A stretch of DNA of 63,355 bases, counting the filler, from Licmophora abbreviata (taxonomy: Eukaryota): assembly GCA_900291995.1 (NCBI GenBank). It is 54 parts of 54 records of this genome, joined end to end, with 100 filler letters (N's around TTAATTAATTAA, not from the genome) between each part and the next. Parts side by side here need not be neighbours in the genome. Positions count along the whole stretch, not along the records: positions 43,922 to 44,980 come from OLMU01006753.1; positions 45,081 to 46,137 come from OLMU01006754.1; positions 46,238 to 47,293 come from OLMU01006755.1; positions 47,394 to 48,451 come from OLMU01006756.1; positions 48,552 to 49,605 come from OLMU01006757.1; positions 49,706 to 50,757 come from OLMU01006758.1; positions 50,858 to 51,905 come from OLMU01006759.1; positions 52,006 to 53,054 come from OLMU01006760.1; 46 more parts are not named here. One strand, 5' to 3'. Positions 43,922 through 55,446 of the stretch are shown piece by piece. Below the pieces are notes generated by a model. It did not search any database and was not told the origin of the DNA. It saw only the letters and a program-made list of their open reading frames with translations. Every line of letters begins with the position of its first letter. Position 1 is the first letter of the stretch. A program made the translations under genes and the position numbers.

Positions 43922-44980
43922 ATCGTTGACGTGTTGAGTCGGGCCGGTTCGGGCAATCGTCCTCCTCGTACTGCCGGTGGTTCAGAAGTGTGCCTCTCCT
44001 ATCATGTGAAAGGAATGTGCAACTCTGACTGTCGGCGGCGCGCGGATCATCGGGCGCACACCACTGACGAAGACGCGTCACTCCTAGAGTGGTGCCAGCA
44101 GTGGTTTGTGCCTCCGCCGCCCTCCTAGGAGGGAGCGGGGGGGGGACTGGGCCTGACCGCTCAGTCTCCTCTGACGCCGCCCCCTGTGCCAGCTCCACCA
44201 TCGACGATCACACGAACACGCAAACGAAACCACGCATCGATGAAACAGGGCACTCAGGAGGCAGAGATACCAATTAACTCTCTACGTAAGTACATGTTGC
44301 GAGACTCACAACTACTTTCTAGTCATGGCTGGAAACAGTTCGTCCGGCAGCGTCAGGGGATTGGCGATATGGGCCCACTCAACGTCGTCCACCCAGCCAA
44401 ACATCTCCTACAACATCTCTCCGCCAAGGGGGCACCAGTGCTCTTCACCACGCCTCCCTGGGATCCACATCGAATCCACGCAGCCGCTCAACGCGGCCCT
44501 CATCAATCGGCCATCGAACACGAAGAATTTCTCCGTCAAGAAATGGTCGAAATGATTCTCCGGAACCAGTGGGTGGTGCTACCGTATGATACGGTCAAGG
44601 CGCTACCCGGGCTCCGACTCAGCCCTATCGGCGTCGTCCCACAGCGAGATCGTCGCCCACGGACGATAGTCGATTACACTTTCCACGGCATCAATGATGA
44701 TACCGTTCCTTTGGCGCCGGCTGAGGCAATGCGCTTTGGTCAAGCTTTTCAGCGCCTATTGGTCGACATCGTCAATGCCGACCCCCGACACGGACCCGTT
44801 CACCTATGCAAAATTGACGTATCGGACGGTTTCTACAGGATCAAGCTACGTGCTGATGACGTACCAAAACTGGGGGTGAGTTTCCCGTCTGACATAGCGG
44901 GGGAACACGTCGTGGCCTTCCCGTTAGTCCTACCTATGGGGTGGGTCAGCTCACCTCCTTATTTTTGCGCGGCCACGGAG
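43922..44980 (+). mobile_element. DIRS/Ngaro-like retrotransposon fragment: gag end (to 44128) and RT start
   Basis: Zn-finger CLSYHVKGMCNSDCRRRADH. RT motifs LRLSPIGVVPQRDRRPRTIVDYTF, KIDVSDGFYRI and LPMGWVSSPPYFC. Confidence 0.8.
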
Positions 44981-45080
44981 NNNNNNNNNNNNNNNNNNNN
45001 NNNNNNNNNNNNNNNNNNNNNNNNTTAATTAATTAANNNNNNNNNNNNNNNNNNNNNNNNNNNNNNNNNNNNNNNNNNNN

Positions 45081-46137
45081 CTTCTTCCTGCCGACTACTC
45101 TGCCGGACAGATTTCGGTCCCCTATCGGTAACATCACCTCGGCGTTCACATACTGATCGTAGGTATCGGGATCTACGTCGTCAATGTCGGGGACTGGGCT
45201 CGGCTTGTCGTCGCTGTCGTCATCGTATCTATCGAACATCGGCGTATCAAAGTCAGGGTCAGCATCGAAGTCCTTCCGAGAGAAGGGCTCGCCGAACACC
45301 TTCTGTATCTTCGAATCGAAATTCTTTCGAGCCTCCTTCTCATCAGGGCTATCCCACTCGTCCTGTGTCAAGGGACGGACAGTTGACCGGTAGACAATCT
45401 GGCCATTCTCCTTCAGGATCTTCCGAGTCATGGCTGGTCCAACATCAACAGCCGGGCCTAGGTCTCGGCCCAACACCATCTTGTCCTCCGGGAACGGAAC
45501 GGATGCGTCGCGGAACTTCACCCATTCATACCATGCAAACATAGCAAAGGGTGAGATGTCTGCCGTCTCTCCGCTCACAATCGTCTCCGGCACCTCGCCT
45601 TTCAAAGAGAAGATCTCAAGGGCCGTGTTGGATCGGATATACGCTTCTCGTTCCAAACAGTCGTCCCAAAGTCCTTTCGGGCACTTCGAGCGAACCAAGT
45701 TTCGTCCGACACCTCTCTTCAGCTCGCGGATACTGCCTTCTGCAGCGTTCTGCCATGGCGAATGCGGCTCAGTCTGACGAACATGAGTCGCAACCTGACG
45801 ATTCTTCCGACGGAACTGTCCCTCCGTCTGTTCTTTCGATCCGTCCATCACCATGACATTCGGGACTCCCTCCCTCGCATGTAGAAGCGACAGCGTTTCA
45901 TGGGCATCAGACTTCGACTTCATGGGAAATGCACGAGTCCATCCATCCGCTGTGCAATAGATCTGGGCGTACTTGTTACCCTTTCTCGAGGGTGTGCTCG
46001 AGATCATCGTATCCGTGAAGCATGTCACAGGCAAACGCCGGTACCGTAGTTGCCGATCGTTCGTCCTGAATCGTCTCGACAGTGAAGGGTGCAACACGGT
46101 CCGAATTCCTCGCTGCGTCGTCGCCTTCAACGTTCTA
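45081..46137 (-). mobile_element. Copia (CoDi-type) integrase fragment
   Basis: FTDT...VMDGSKEQ...WQNAAEGSIRELK and GETADISPFAMFAWYEWV. Confidence 0.92.
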
Positions 46138-46258
46138 NNNNNNNNNNNNNNNNNNNNNNNNNNNNNNNNNNNNNNNNNNNNTTAATTAATTAANNNNNNN
46201 NNNNNNNNNNNNNNNNNNNNNNNNNNNNNNNNNNNNNATGGAATGTTCCACGTTACTA

Positions 46259-46927
46259 CTAATGAGCTGATTCTTTTCGCTTGGTACCCTTGAAGAATGG
46301 CCGCGCTGTGCGCAGTGCCGCTGTAGCACCAAAACTAATGCCACCGTAGGTCACGACCACATCTGACTCTCCCATCAAATACCAGTCGAGATAGGCCTCG
46401 GCAAAATCTGCTGTTGACGGCCTTCGAAATGTGCGTGTATGTTGACCACGCGACACCGTGGTCAGCACGGTTCTTGGAAGTAGTAGTGATGATGATGATG
46501 ATGATGACGTTGGATGTTGGTCATCATGTCCTCGCAATGATATTCTGCAGTGATCCACTCTTTGACCTCAGTCGAGTCGGAAAGTACCATCCACACGACA
46601 CGAGATACCGGTGTATTCCAATTCTCCTTGAGAAACATGTTTTCAATCGAGAGAGCGCCCCTCGCCGCTCCTCTCGCCCATTTCAGCTGCTCTTCCTTGG
46701 TGAAATGACGGCTGTTTGGTAGAGTATCGTTCCTAGCCGCCTTTTCCATATCAGCCATGTAGTCTGCCATTCCGGTTCGAACGTACAGCGCCATGACGAA
46801 TGTCTCTTTGTCTTGCAGTATAGGGAGAATATCAGTAAATAAGCCTGGCTGGAACGAAGCTGCCCTGGGCGACAAGTGAAAGAGGGCCCCCAGCGAGCAG
46901 GCCATACCCGTCTCCAACACAAAGCCT
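46259..46927 (-). CDS. Partial fucosyltransferase-like (GT-B) protein, frameshifted near a (CAT)n tract
   Basis: ALYVRTG and VWMVLSDS in one frame, DWYLMGESDVVV..GISFGATAA in the next. Confidence 0.55.
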
Positions 46928-48753
46928 GGCAGTGTAGAGAAGCTTCATCTCGGTGGAACGCTCAACTTTTCTTCAGAATGACCTTCGAGACTGACGCCTG
47001 ACACTCGAATTATCTTAGCTTGATGATCGCTTTGCGCTCGAGTCTAGTTCATTCCGGTTGAAATAGGCTACCTACTGCGTGCGTCTTATCAGCCACATGG
47101 AGAGATTCAGTCTCACGTTTTGATTCTATTGAATGGTTCATCCTCTCCTTCGTCGCCGTTGTTGTCACGACATGTCAACTTTTGAACTTTTGACCCCACC
47201 AGGCCCGAGCGATTTCAGATTGGCCCCCGCTGCTGTCGTGCTCATGGTCTATATTCGCGATCTCAAGATCTTTGGATCTTGCGGCGGCGAGTTNNNNNNN
47301 NNNNNNNNNNNNNNNNNNNNNNNNNNNNNNNNNNNNNTTAATTAATTAANNNNNNNNNNNNNNNNNNNNNNNNNNNNNNNNNNNNNNNNNNNNGTCTTAC
47401 TCTTGAATCCTGTCTGGGGTCATTTTGGCTGTTATTAAGTACTACTGGTGGTCCGGAGCATATTTAGAAAAGTAGGGGTGGCTGCTCGTTCGATTCAGCA
47501 GCAGAAATGTACCGCGCGACAGTGGAAGTTCCGCTAGCTTCTGGGACAGGGCGGCCCCCTCTTTTCTTCTTGTTTATTGTTGGTGGCGCGAACATTTCCA
47601 TGTTGTTCTCCACCATTGGGGCGCGGCAATAAAGTGGAAAGACCACTAGCTATATTATATGTAACATGTAATGTGTACTATGGAGCAGAGATTATTCTAC
47701 CTGTATTCGAGGAAGGTATCTTGTTGCTAGTGGGCTGATGGTCCTGCCACTGCGGCTGTTTGGGACTTGTTGCGTTTTCTTAGTCTTTGTTCGTGACGGG
47801 CATGTAAGAGACGTTCAGCTTTAGCTATCCATGCTTGCTGTGTAGCAAGTGGTGAACTCAAAAATTGGTCATTGTTGGCGAAGAGGAGTCCTGGGTCCGT
47901 GTGTAGTTGTCCTCTTCTGGAAACTAGCCCCTGATCCTTTGGTCTGCCTTCTGTTCTTCCTGGGCTTCGTGTATTTGTTGCATTCATCCTGCCAAATTTC
48001 CATATAGGGAAGACAGTTTGTCTTTTCCATGTGAGGCTCAAGTGTGTGTGTTCTACTCTATGTTCTACAACTGGGGCCTGGGCTCGTGGATAGCGGCGAG
48101 CGAATAAAGTGAGTCGTATCAAGTAAACGATGTCATATCTACGTCACGGACAGCTGTTGAATTGTATCTTTCGGAACAACGTTGATCGTGTGGTGTCGCT
48201 CATGTAGAATAAGAACTTCTCACTCTTTTTGAATAGTACCTTGTTACACATTGCCTTTTGTGCTTTCATTCATCTTTATCGCCTCTTATCTGGTACGTAG
48301 CGACGTTTGCCTTGTTTATCAGAACCCACAAAGAATGCTCTATCACGGTCTTGATTCGTCGCTTTTCCCTCCATTTTGCGAGTGCATCAGGACGACGAGA
48401 CTGACGCTACGACAATCTACAGATACTTTGAATGAACACGTTATGAATACGNNNNNNNNNNNNNNNNNNNNNNNNNNNNNNNNNNNNNNNNNNNNTTAAT
48501 TAATTAANNNNNNNNNNNNNNNNNNNNNNNNNNNNNNNNNNNNNNNNNNNNAAGCTCGAAAACTAATGGACGAATACTACGACTATGCTGTTGGACAGGT
48601 GATGACAAGCTGTGAGGAAGAGAAGGGCGCCGACGAGACTGTTGCTGTCGATTTTGCGCCCGATGCGGCAGACGAGTTATAAGTATACACCACGTGCGAT
48701 GCAGACACGATAGACTGTGTTTCGATCTATATCCGTCTGCCCATCCCAACTTT

Positions 48754-49605
48754 TTAAAGTGCTTGTGGGTACTCTCGAAGCAAAGAAAAGATCGTCTCAA
48801 CGTCACAACCATGTCTGGCAGCCAACAGCGCTGGGGGTGCGGCTGTGCTTGGATCCACCATCGTAATCGCCAATGGATATGCCTCGCAGATCTCTCTAAC
48901 ACCATGGCTCCACACTTTCCCACATTTCAAAGCCTCGTGCAACGGTAGGTTGCCCTGTGAGTCTGGTACAGTAGCCGCGGGCGGAAACAAGAGAATCATG
49001 CATCTGAGCGTTTCTCCATTCACGTTGGATGCCTTGACAGCATAGTGCAAAGGTAAATTCCCACGAATGTCCCGAACTCCGCATACAGTTCGACCATGAT
49101 CGTCCATGGCGGTCTGGATCACATCGCTGGGGCAGTTCAGAGCCACAGCCGCGTGCAGTGTGGAGAATGTCTGGCCGTTCCGAGCTATCAGTCTTCCGTA
49201 GTGCGTAGCCCAAAGTAGCGCAGTCAGCTTTTGCCACTGATTTTCATCCCATCTCCTGTGTCGGCCATCGTCAGGGGAGGAGATCGCTGGAGACCTCCGA
49301 TTCTGGTAGATGATCTCCAGAGGAGAGGCACAGTGACGTCGCGTTGTCGTGATGACATCCGAGGGACGAGCCAGCCGGATATCGGTCCTCAGCAGGAGCA
49401 CGACAAGATCTTTTGATACGTCGTTCCGACAGGCCCAATGCAGTGCCGTCTGATTGTTTTCGTCCAGCTCCAGAACTGTGCTCCGATCTTGTTGGATCAA
49501 GCGTCGGACAACCGCGACCGGTGCGTTTCTTCCGCATGCTACGGTCAGGGGAGTGAGGCCAGCATGGCTCTTTCGGTAGACAGCGTTGGGGTATGCCTCC
49601 AATAT
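48754..49605 (-). CDS. Partial ankyrin-repeat protein
   Basis: GLTPLTVAC, QTALHWAC, GNLPLHYAV and GNLPLHEAL. Confidence 0.9.
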   Translation of the reverse strand: MLEAYPNAVYRKSHAGLTPLTVACGRNAPVAVVRRLIQQDRSTVLELDENNQTALHWACRNDVSKDLVVLLLRTDIRLARPSDVITTTRRHCASPLEIIYQNRRSPAISSPDDGRHRRWDENQWQKLTALLWATHYGRLIARNGQTFSTLHAAVALNCPSDVIQTAMDDHGRTVCGVRDIRGNLPLHYAVKASNVNGETLRCMILLFPPAATVPDSQGNLPLHEALKCGKVWSHGVREICEAYPLAITMVDPSTAAPPALLAARHGCDVETIFSLLREYPQAL

Positions 49606-49705
49606 NNNNNNNNNNNNNNNNNNNNNNNNNNNNNNNNNNNNNNNNNNNNTTAATTAATTAANNNNNNNNNNNNNNNNNNNNNNNNNNNNNNNNNNNNNNN
49701 NNNNN

Positions 49706-50757
49706 CAAAGGGAGATTCATGATTGGACATGGCTTCAAGTGCACGATGAAAACGCTCCGGATGAAAAAGGTCTTATAGCTCGAAACGTAAAGGATGAAAT
49801 CCCATACTCCTCCGTTTCAGGTGTGTGCTCGCCGACACGGGCTTCCTGTAGCCAACCGTGATGCTTCTCGGCGTCAGACATTGCAAACAGTCCCGTCCCC
49901 ATCACACTATCCAGCGCCACAGTGCAGTGAGTTGCCTCAATAAGATTTGCTACTGGGTTCATCTTTGCAATCCACTGGCATACTTGTTGCTTTTCTCCTT
50001 CACTTATCAAATCGCACTTGTTGAGAACCACAACATTGGCAAAATCAATTTGGTCACAGAGCAGGTGCGAAATGGTACGTGCATCCTCTGGGTCAGCCTG
50101 CCAGTTGCGTTCCTGCAACGATTCCAAACTTTGCAATTCCGAAAAGAAAAGCGACCCGTCCACGACAGTTGCCATGGTGTCGATGCAAGCAATATCGCCT
50201 AATCGGAGTCCGGTACTGTCAGTGAAGGTAAAAGTTTCGGCAACTGGTAGTGGCTCTGAGATTCCTGAACTTTCAATCAGCAGGTAGTCAAACACACCCT
50301 GAGCAGCAATCTGGGCGATTTCCGTCAACAAGTCTTCACGTAGAGTGCAGCAGATACATCCGTTGCTCAGCTCCACCATATGCTCTTCTCGTTGGTGCAC
50401 TGCGACGCTACTCTTGAGCAAGGCTGCGTCAATGTTGACTTCACCCATGTCGTTAACAAGGACCGCCACACGCAGTCCCTCGTAGTTCGACAAAATGTGC
50501 GTCATTAACGTCGTTTTTCCTGCGCCCAAAAAGCCACTTAAAATTGTGACAGGAAGCTTGCCGTTGCTTTGTTTGGCAAGTTGTGCCTTTTCCAAGGCTC
50601 GTTTGGCTTTGCGTACATCCTGCAAGACATCGGCTTGCTTCGACACAGCCCATTCCTCAATAGAGGCCGCTAGTTTGACAGGACGGCGACCCGCTTGGCT
50701 GGTGTTGGCGTCGCCTGAGAACAATTCTTGTCCAAAGACGCCACCCCATTTCAAGGG
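49706..50757 (-). CDS. Partial COG0523/CobW-family G3E GTPase (Zn/Co metallochaperone)
   Basis: [34 protein letters not shown] and [13 protein letters not shown]. An extra T near 49765 hides the RPFHPERF continuation. Confidence 0.93.
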
Positions 50758-50857
50758 NNNNNNNNNNNNNNNNNNNNNNNNNNNNNNNNNNNNNNNNNNN
50801 NTTAATTAATTAANNNNNNNNNNNNNNNNNNNNNNNNNNNNNNNNNNNNNNNNNNNN

Positions 50858-51508
50858 CATATTTCTATAATTGGTTTTTATCTTTATAAAGAGTTAATTT
50901 TTTTATTGAGTCTTCCTATTCTCACTTATATTGGTTTCCTTATATAAAATGCTTTTGACGGAATTAACCGGGTCCCTAATTTTTAGACGAACCTCCATAC
51001 TATATAAAAACCATTCCTTAACCTGACCCCCTTTTTGGATCTCTTCTCACATAGTAGCTTCAAATGCTGCTACCTTAGTGAGCAAACTTGGTTTCATAAA
51101 TAAATGTATCGGATACCTATTTAGTCTTTAATTCTCATCCCGAGACGGTGTAATAGTGTATAATTGGTGACCTAGGTATTACGTCATGCATATAATACCC
51201 CCACTATCCAAGTTCTTTTGAAGACTGAAACTTTTGGCTTCCTGTGCCACACCTGACCTAGGTTCAAGATCATATCCTTAATCCTTATTTATCTCCTAGA
51301 GACCATTCAACCTTATTCTTCCTAAGTATCGTGGTCCCGTTATCAACATGCTGTGTTCCCCACACGCTTTCACGTATTTGCATTTTTTTCCAGTTTCGGA
51401 TTTTTTGTCGGTTTTTATGTTTTCGGGTTAGTTGATCGAATTTCTGACAGATCGCTGTCGATAGGCTCTATATGTCCTACTAATTTATTTATGAATCACA
51501 AGTCGCAC
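50858..51508 (-). mobile_element. 5' part of a mitochondrial group II intron in cob
   Basis: GTGCG directly follows the FLAM codons. Collinear with the rnl intron at 34592-35306. Confidence 0.9.
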
Positions 51509-51754
51509 CATTGCTAGAAAGATTCCAGAAAGTATTTGAATTACTAAACAAATACCTGCCGCAGACCCAAAACTCCAAGCATAACTTAAATTGATTGATG
51601 TTGGATAATGTATTAAATGGTTATCTATAAATGCTGTTAAAAAATTTTTGTTCCATCTTAATGTTGTTGTTACAAATAAACTTATGGCACTAGGTATTTC
51701 TAATACATTTGGTGCGTAAGATTTTTTAAATGTATCTTTATATTTTAATTTCAT
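51509..51754 (-). CDS. cob: Mitochondrial apocytochrome b, exon 1 (start uncertain: ATG 51754 or TTA 51661)
   Basis: RWNK...[37 protein letters not shown]. Confidence 0.95.
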
Positions 51755-51755
51755 A

Positions 51756-51830
51756 AAAGTAATTTTGGATTCGAACCAAACTATCCTATATAAAATGAAG
51801 CCATTCTTGACCTATTAATTGAATTACTTT
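51756..51830 (-). pseudogene. Degenerate tRNA-like element (CAU-like loop)
   Basis: Acceptor stem AAGTAAT/ATTACTT and T-arm TTTGG-TTCGAAT-CCAAA pair well. The D and anticodon stems pair poorly. Confidence 0.55.
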
Positions 51831-52625
51831 ATTTAAAATAACGAATATTATCGTTTAATTTTACGTACTGTTTTAGCTATTTGTGTGTGTACGTTGACCT
51901 CTAACNNNNNNNNNNNNNNNNNNNNNNNNNNNNNNNNNNNNNNNNNNNNTTAATTAATTAANNNNNNNNNNNNNNNNNNNNNNNNNNNNNNNNNNNNNNN
52001 NNNNNAACGAACGAATGAATTTTAATACCCTTCGACAAGTAGTTGGATGTTGCTCATCTCTGTCCCTCTTGTGTTCTCGTCGTCCGTCATCATCATTGCA
52101 AATCACACCATTGATTCGGGCTCGACTCTCACATCACTCGATTCGATTCATTCATTTTGCATTTTATCACACTACGAGTACGTACAATCTTGACGGTCCG
52201 ACGCGAGGACAGACTGTCCGCGAATTGGAAAAAATGTCGAATTTCGAAAATGTCACAGAATGTCTGATGTCTGAATTTTGATGTTGTGAATCACGCTCGT
52301 GTAGCCATCGATTAAATAAATTCATACACAATAATCAAGCTTAAATATAGAATAATATGTTCAGAGTCATCGCTTATCATTTATTGAGAGATGACCAGTG
52401 GCTTCTATCATGACGGCCCAACGCACCTCTCTTGCCTCACGAGCATCTACGCTCACAAACTGGGAGGATAAGTGAGATATGCCTCTTGTTCCCTCAATTC
52501 GGGAACCAAACCGCAATCTCCACTCTTTCCACCGAGAATGGGACCATTCCATAGTATTTCATCAATCACTTTCGTGATCATCGAGACCAAAGCTTCCTTG
52601 CGGTTGACATCGATTTCGAGCAATC

Positions 52626-53054
52626 ATGATGTTCCTGAACTGGTTTAGCTCTCTCGCTGCTCTTAGCTGCCTGATCGCTTCTTCGACACGGGTGATTGCT
52701 CAGCCGTCGTCTGGAGCACTAATCACACTTAACTTTGGTGTCGATAATGCAAGTGGGGGATACGATCAAGTCGTCAATGACAACTACCATGGCAGTGTGA
52801 ACAAATACCACGGAGGCTCTGCGTCTATTGGCAACACCGAGTCCGATGCAGCGTTTAGGAGCCACATTTGGTCTGGATCATACGCGGGATACATCGTGAA
52901 AAACTTGGTTCCGTACGGCTTCTACGAGGTTACTCTCGGGTTTGCTGAATCCTTCACGCCGAACTGTGGAATCGGGAGGCGCGTATTCGATGCGACGGTT
53001 GGCAGCGAAACGAAGATTGATATTGACGTCTACAAGGAAGCAGGATGCCAAGTG
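52626..53054 (+). CDS. N-terminal fragment of a secreted malectin-like protein (paralogue of 3653-4764)
   Basis: Signal peptide and FRSHIWS...YEVTLGFAESFTPNCGIGRRVFDATV...DIDVYKEAGC. Confidence 0.8.
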
Positions 53055-53154
53055 NNNNNNNNNNNNNNNNNNNNNNNNNNNNNNNNNNNNNNNNNNNNTT
53101 AATTAATTAANNNNNNNNNNNNNNNNNNNNNNNNNNNNNNNNNNNNNNNNNNNN

Positions 53155-54202
53155 AGCTGCGCGTGCGGTCCCCTCTGAGGTTGTAACCATGCCCAACATC
53201 GTTCGCCGGTTCGGCTTCGTCCTCAAGTTCGGCTGGGATTTCCTCCGCCTCGTATGTTTCATCGTCGATCACCACGGGATCCTCTTCATCCGCTCCTGGG
53301 ACCTCGCCATCTTCATTGTCACTCTCGATGTCGACGTTGCCTTGTTCATGGTCGGGGGCAGGGACATCAAACGTTACCGGCTCATCATTATCATCATCGT
53401 CTTGGTCACTATCGTCGTCATAGGCGTCAGCGTGATCGGCATCCTCTTCGTCCCCATTCTCGTCATCCTCAATGATAATGTCTGGACGCCATTCAAATTT
53501 CATGGTACCGCCTTGGATACGTGGTTGTCCCTGGGTTGCCGCCATCGTCTCTACCATTCGGATCACTTCGGAGGTGATGGGGAGTACCGTCCACTGGCGA
53601 CGACTCAGTCTAGCTCCAGTAGTGAGCGACATAAAATAATAGTCACCTTGTTCGTTTCCAGTAGGATTAAGGGCGATTGCACCAGTCATTCGTGTGGCGG
53701 TGGAGTTACTTCCTGGGGAGGGGTTGTTGTCTTCGAAAACTTGCACATACGATCCAAACTCCAACTTCATCTTGTTGTAATCCGGATTTGCTAAACCGGC
53801 GACAATCGATCGTGGGCTGAGTGTCTTTGACACACCATTCTTCGCAGGGAATAGGTTCAGGTTCTTGACGGCGTGTTTAACTATCTCCTTGATAAGAAGA
53901 ACAGGGAGACGTCTGTATGGTAGGCCATGTATCGTGGAACGAGTGCGCTCCTTGATTGTTCGAATGGAGCGCTCCACCTCGCCTACGTGGTCGTCGGCTG
54001 CGGTCACATTGAGAGTTGTAGGCAGGATGTCGTTCCTAATGCATTCAAACTCTCCGTCAGAATGGAAACCTGTTACACGAAAACCTCTTGTCTGATAATG
54101 ATTGATGATGGCTCGCGTTTCGCGAAGCAAAGTGGCTCGCTGTCGGTTCGGTAGAGTTGCAACGGTGCGAAATTGAATCTTTCGGGAGATGGTATGGAAA
54201 AA
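53155..54202 (-). mobile_element. Copia-like integrase fragment with acidic linker
   Basis: HSDGEF...HVGEVERSIRTIKER, FGSYVQV and HGYNLR. Confidence 0.9.
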
Positions 54203-54304
54203 NNNNNNNNNNNNNNNNNNNNNNNNNNNNNNNNNNNNNNNNNNNNTTAATTAATTAANNNNNNNNNNNNNNNNNNNNNNNNNNNNNNNNNNNNNNNNNN
54301 NNAA

Positions 54305-54604
54305 CAGCTGAGAGTCCAAGAGGGTGTCCTTCTCCGCCGGTTAGCAGCAGCTCGTGAAACTGAAATCCGAACCCCCGTGACCTCGTCCAGCGATCGCTCC
54401 GCCCGATCCGGCGTCGAGTCCTTCCGCATTGGCGACACAGTGAGAGTGACCAACGAAGTGAAGTATCCTCTTTTTGGACGCACCGTAACAGAACGAGACA
54501 GAGTCGGGACGGTCACCAAGGTTACGCCTAAACGAGTACACCTTCGAACCATCAGCGGCGTAAACACGAACCGAGCTCCACAGAATCTCGTGCATCATGA
54601 CTAG
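54305..54604 (+). CDS. Second copy of the conserved pre-gag ORF (5'-partial)
   Basis: QLRVQEGVLLRRL...FRIGDTVRVTNEVKYPLFGRTVTERDRVGTVTKVT. The stop codon overlaps the start of gag. Confidence 0.75.
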   Translation, partial: QLRVQEGVLLRRLAAARETEIRTPVTSSSDRSARSGVESFRIGDTVRVTNEVKYPLFGRTVTERDRVGTVTKVTPKRVHLRTISGVNTNRAPQNLVHHD

Positions 54605-55346
54605 CGACGACGCAGCCCAAGCGGGCACTACCACCGGAGAAACAGCCGGAACGGAAACTGGAACCCAGCAGTCAGGTGGAAGCGGAACGAACAACCGCTC
54701 TAAACGTAACAAGTCGCGTTTTTGCCCGTGCATCCGGATCCGAAAAGAAGAAGACAACTTTCAAAGGGAACACTGAGGGAATGAACGCGCACGTTTTCCA
54801 AACCTTCCAGGAGTCTGGAGACCCCCAGCAGTTCGTGAAGACTCTGGAGGCTCTCGCGGAATACTCCGCAAAGAATCAGAAGTATGCAGGAGATCTCGCG
54901 ACTCTCTTTAAAACGCTCGACGCGCCCACCATTCCCTTGCCAGAAGAGCTATCAGAGGAAGAGGCAGAAAGCCGACTGAAGTTGGCGCTGTGGCAGAAAG
55001 AAGTTGACGGCTACTACACGAAGAAAGGACACCTTGCCGGTAACCTAAAGGGCCTGCACGCAGTAACGTGGGGACAATGCAGCGAGGCAATGAAAGCGAA
55101 GGTCATGACCCTAGACGGTTACACTGAGAGCGACGACGACAGCGACGTCTCCTGGCTGCTCAAAGCGATTCGTGGCGTTACCTACGGATTCGAGGGACAA
55201 AGATACATCTTTCTTGCTTTCGACGACGCACTAACTGACTTCTACTCCTATCGCCAGGCTCACGACGAGTCCCTCTCAGATTACCTACAGACTTTCAGAA
55301 CCAAGCTCGATATCTTGAAGCACTATGGAGGTGGAGACTCCATGGG
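54597..55346 (+). mobile_element. Copia-like gag N-terminal fragment (+1 T near 54720)
   Basis: Homologous to 33422-34073. ATG at 54597; the frameshift lies in a T5 run. Confidence 0.8.
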
Positions 55347-55446
55347 NNNNNNNNNNNNNNNNNNNNNNNNNNNNNNNNNNNNNNNNNNNNTTAATTAATT
55401 AANNNNNNNNNNNNNNNNNNNNNNNNNNNNNNNNNNNNNNNNNNNN

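Noticed and set aside
46487..46507. Poly-His tail as a metal-binding motif
   Set aside because: It is a (CAT)n microsatellite read out of frame; the conserved protein continues in the poly-Ser frame.
47727..48122. Possible 3' end of a non-LTR retrotransposon ORF
   Set aside because: Only a vague resemblance (QQAWIAKAERL), with no diagnostic motif.
31078..50757. B12 riboswitch-hupE plus CobW-like GTPase as one cobalamin system
   Set aside because: They are on different contigs with different composition, probably from different organisms; co-occurrence comes from size-sorting.
54715..54725. Programmed frameshift in gag
   Set aside because: The sister copy at 33422-34073 is in frame at this point, and the extra base lies in a T-run typical of Ion Torrent error.
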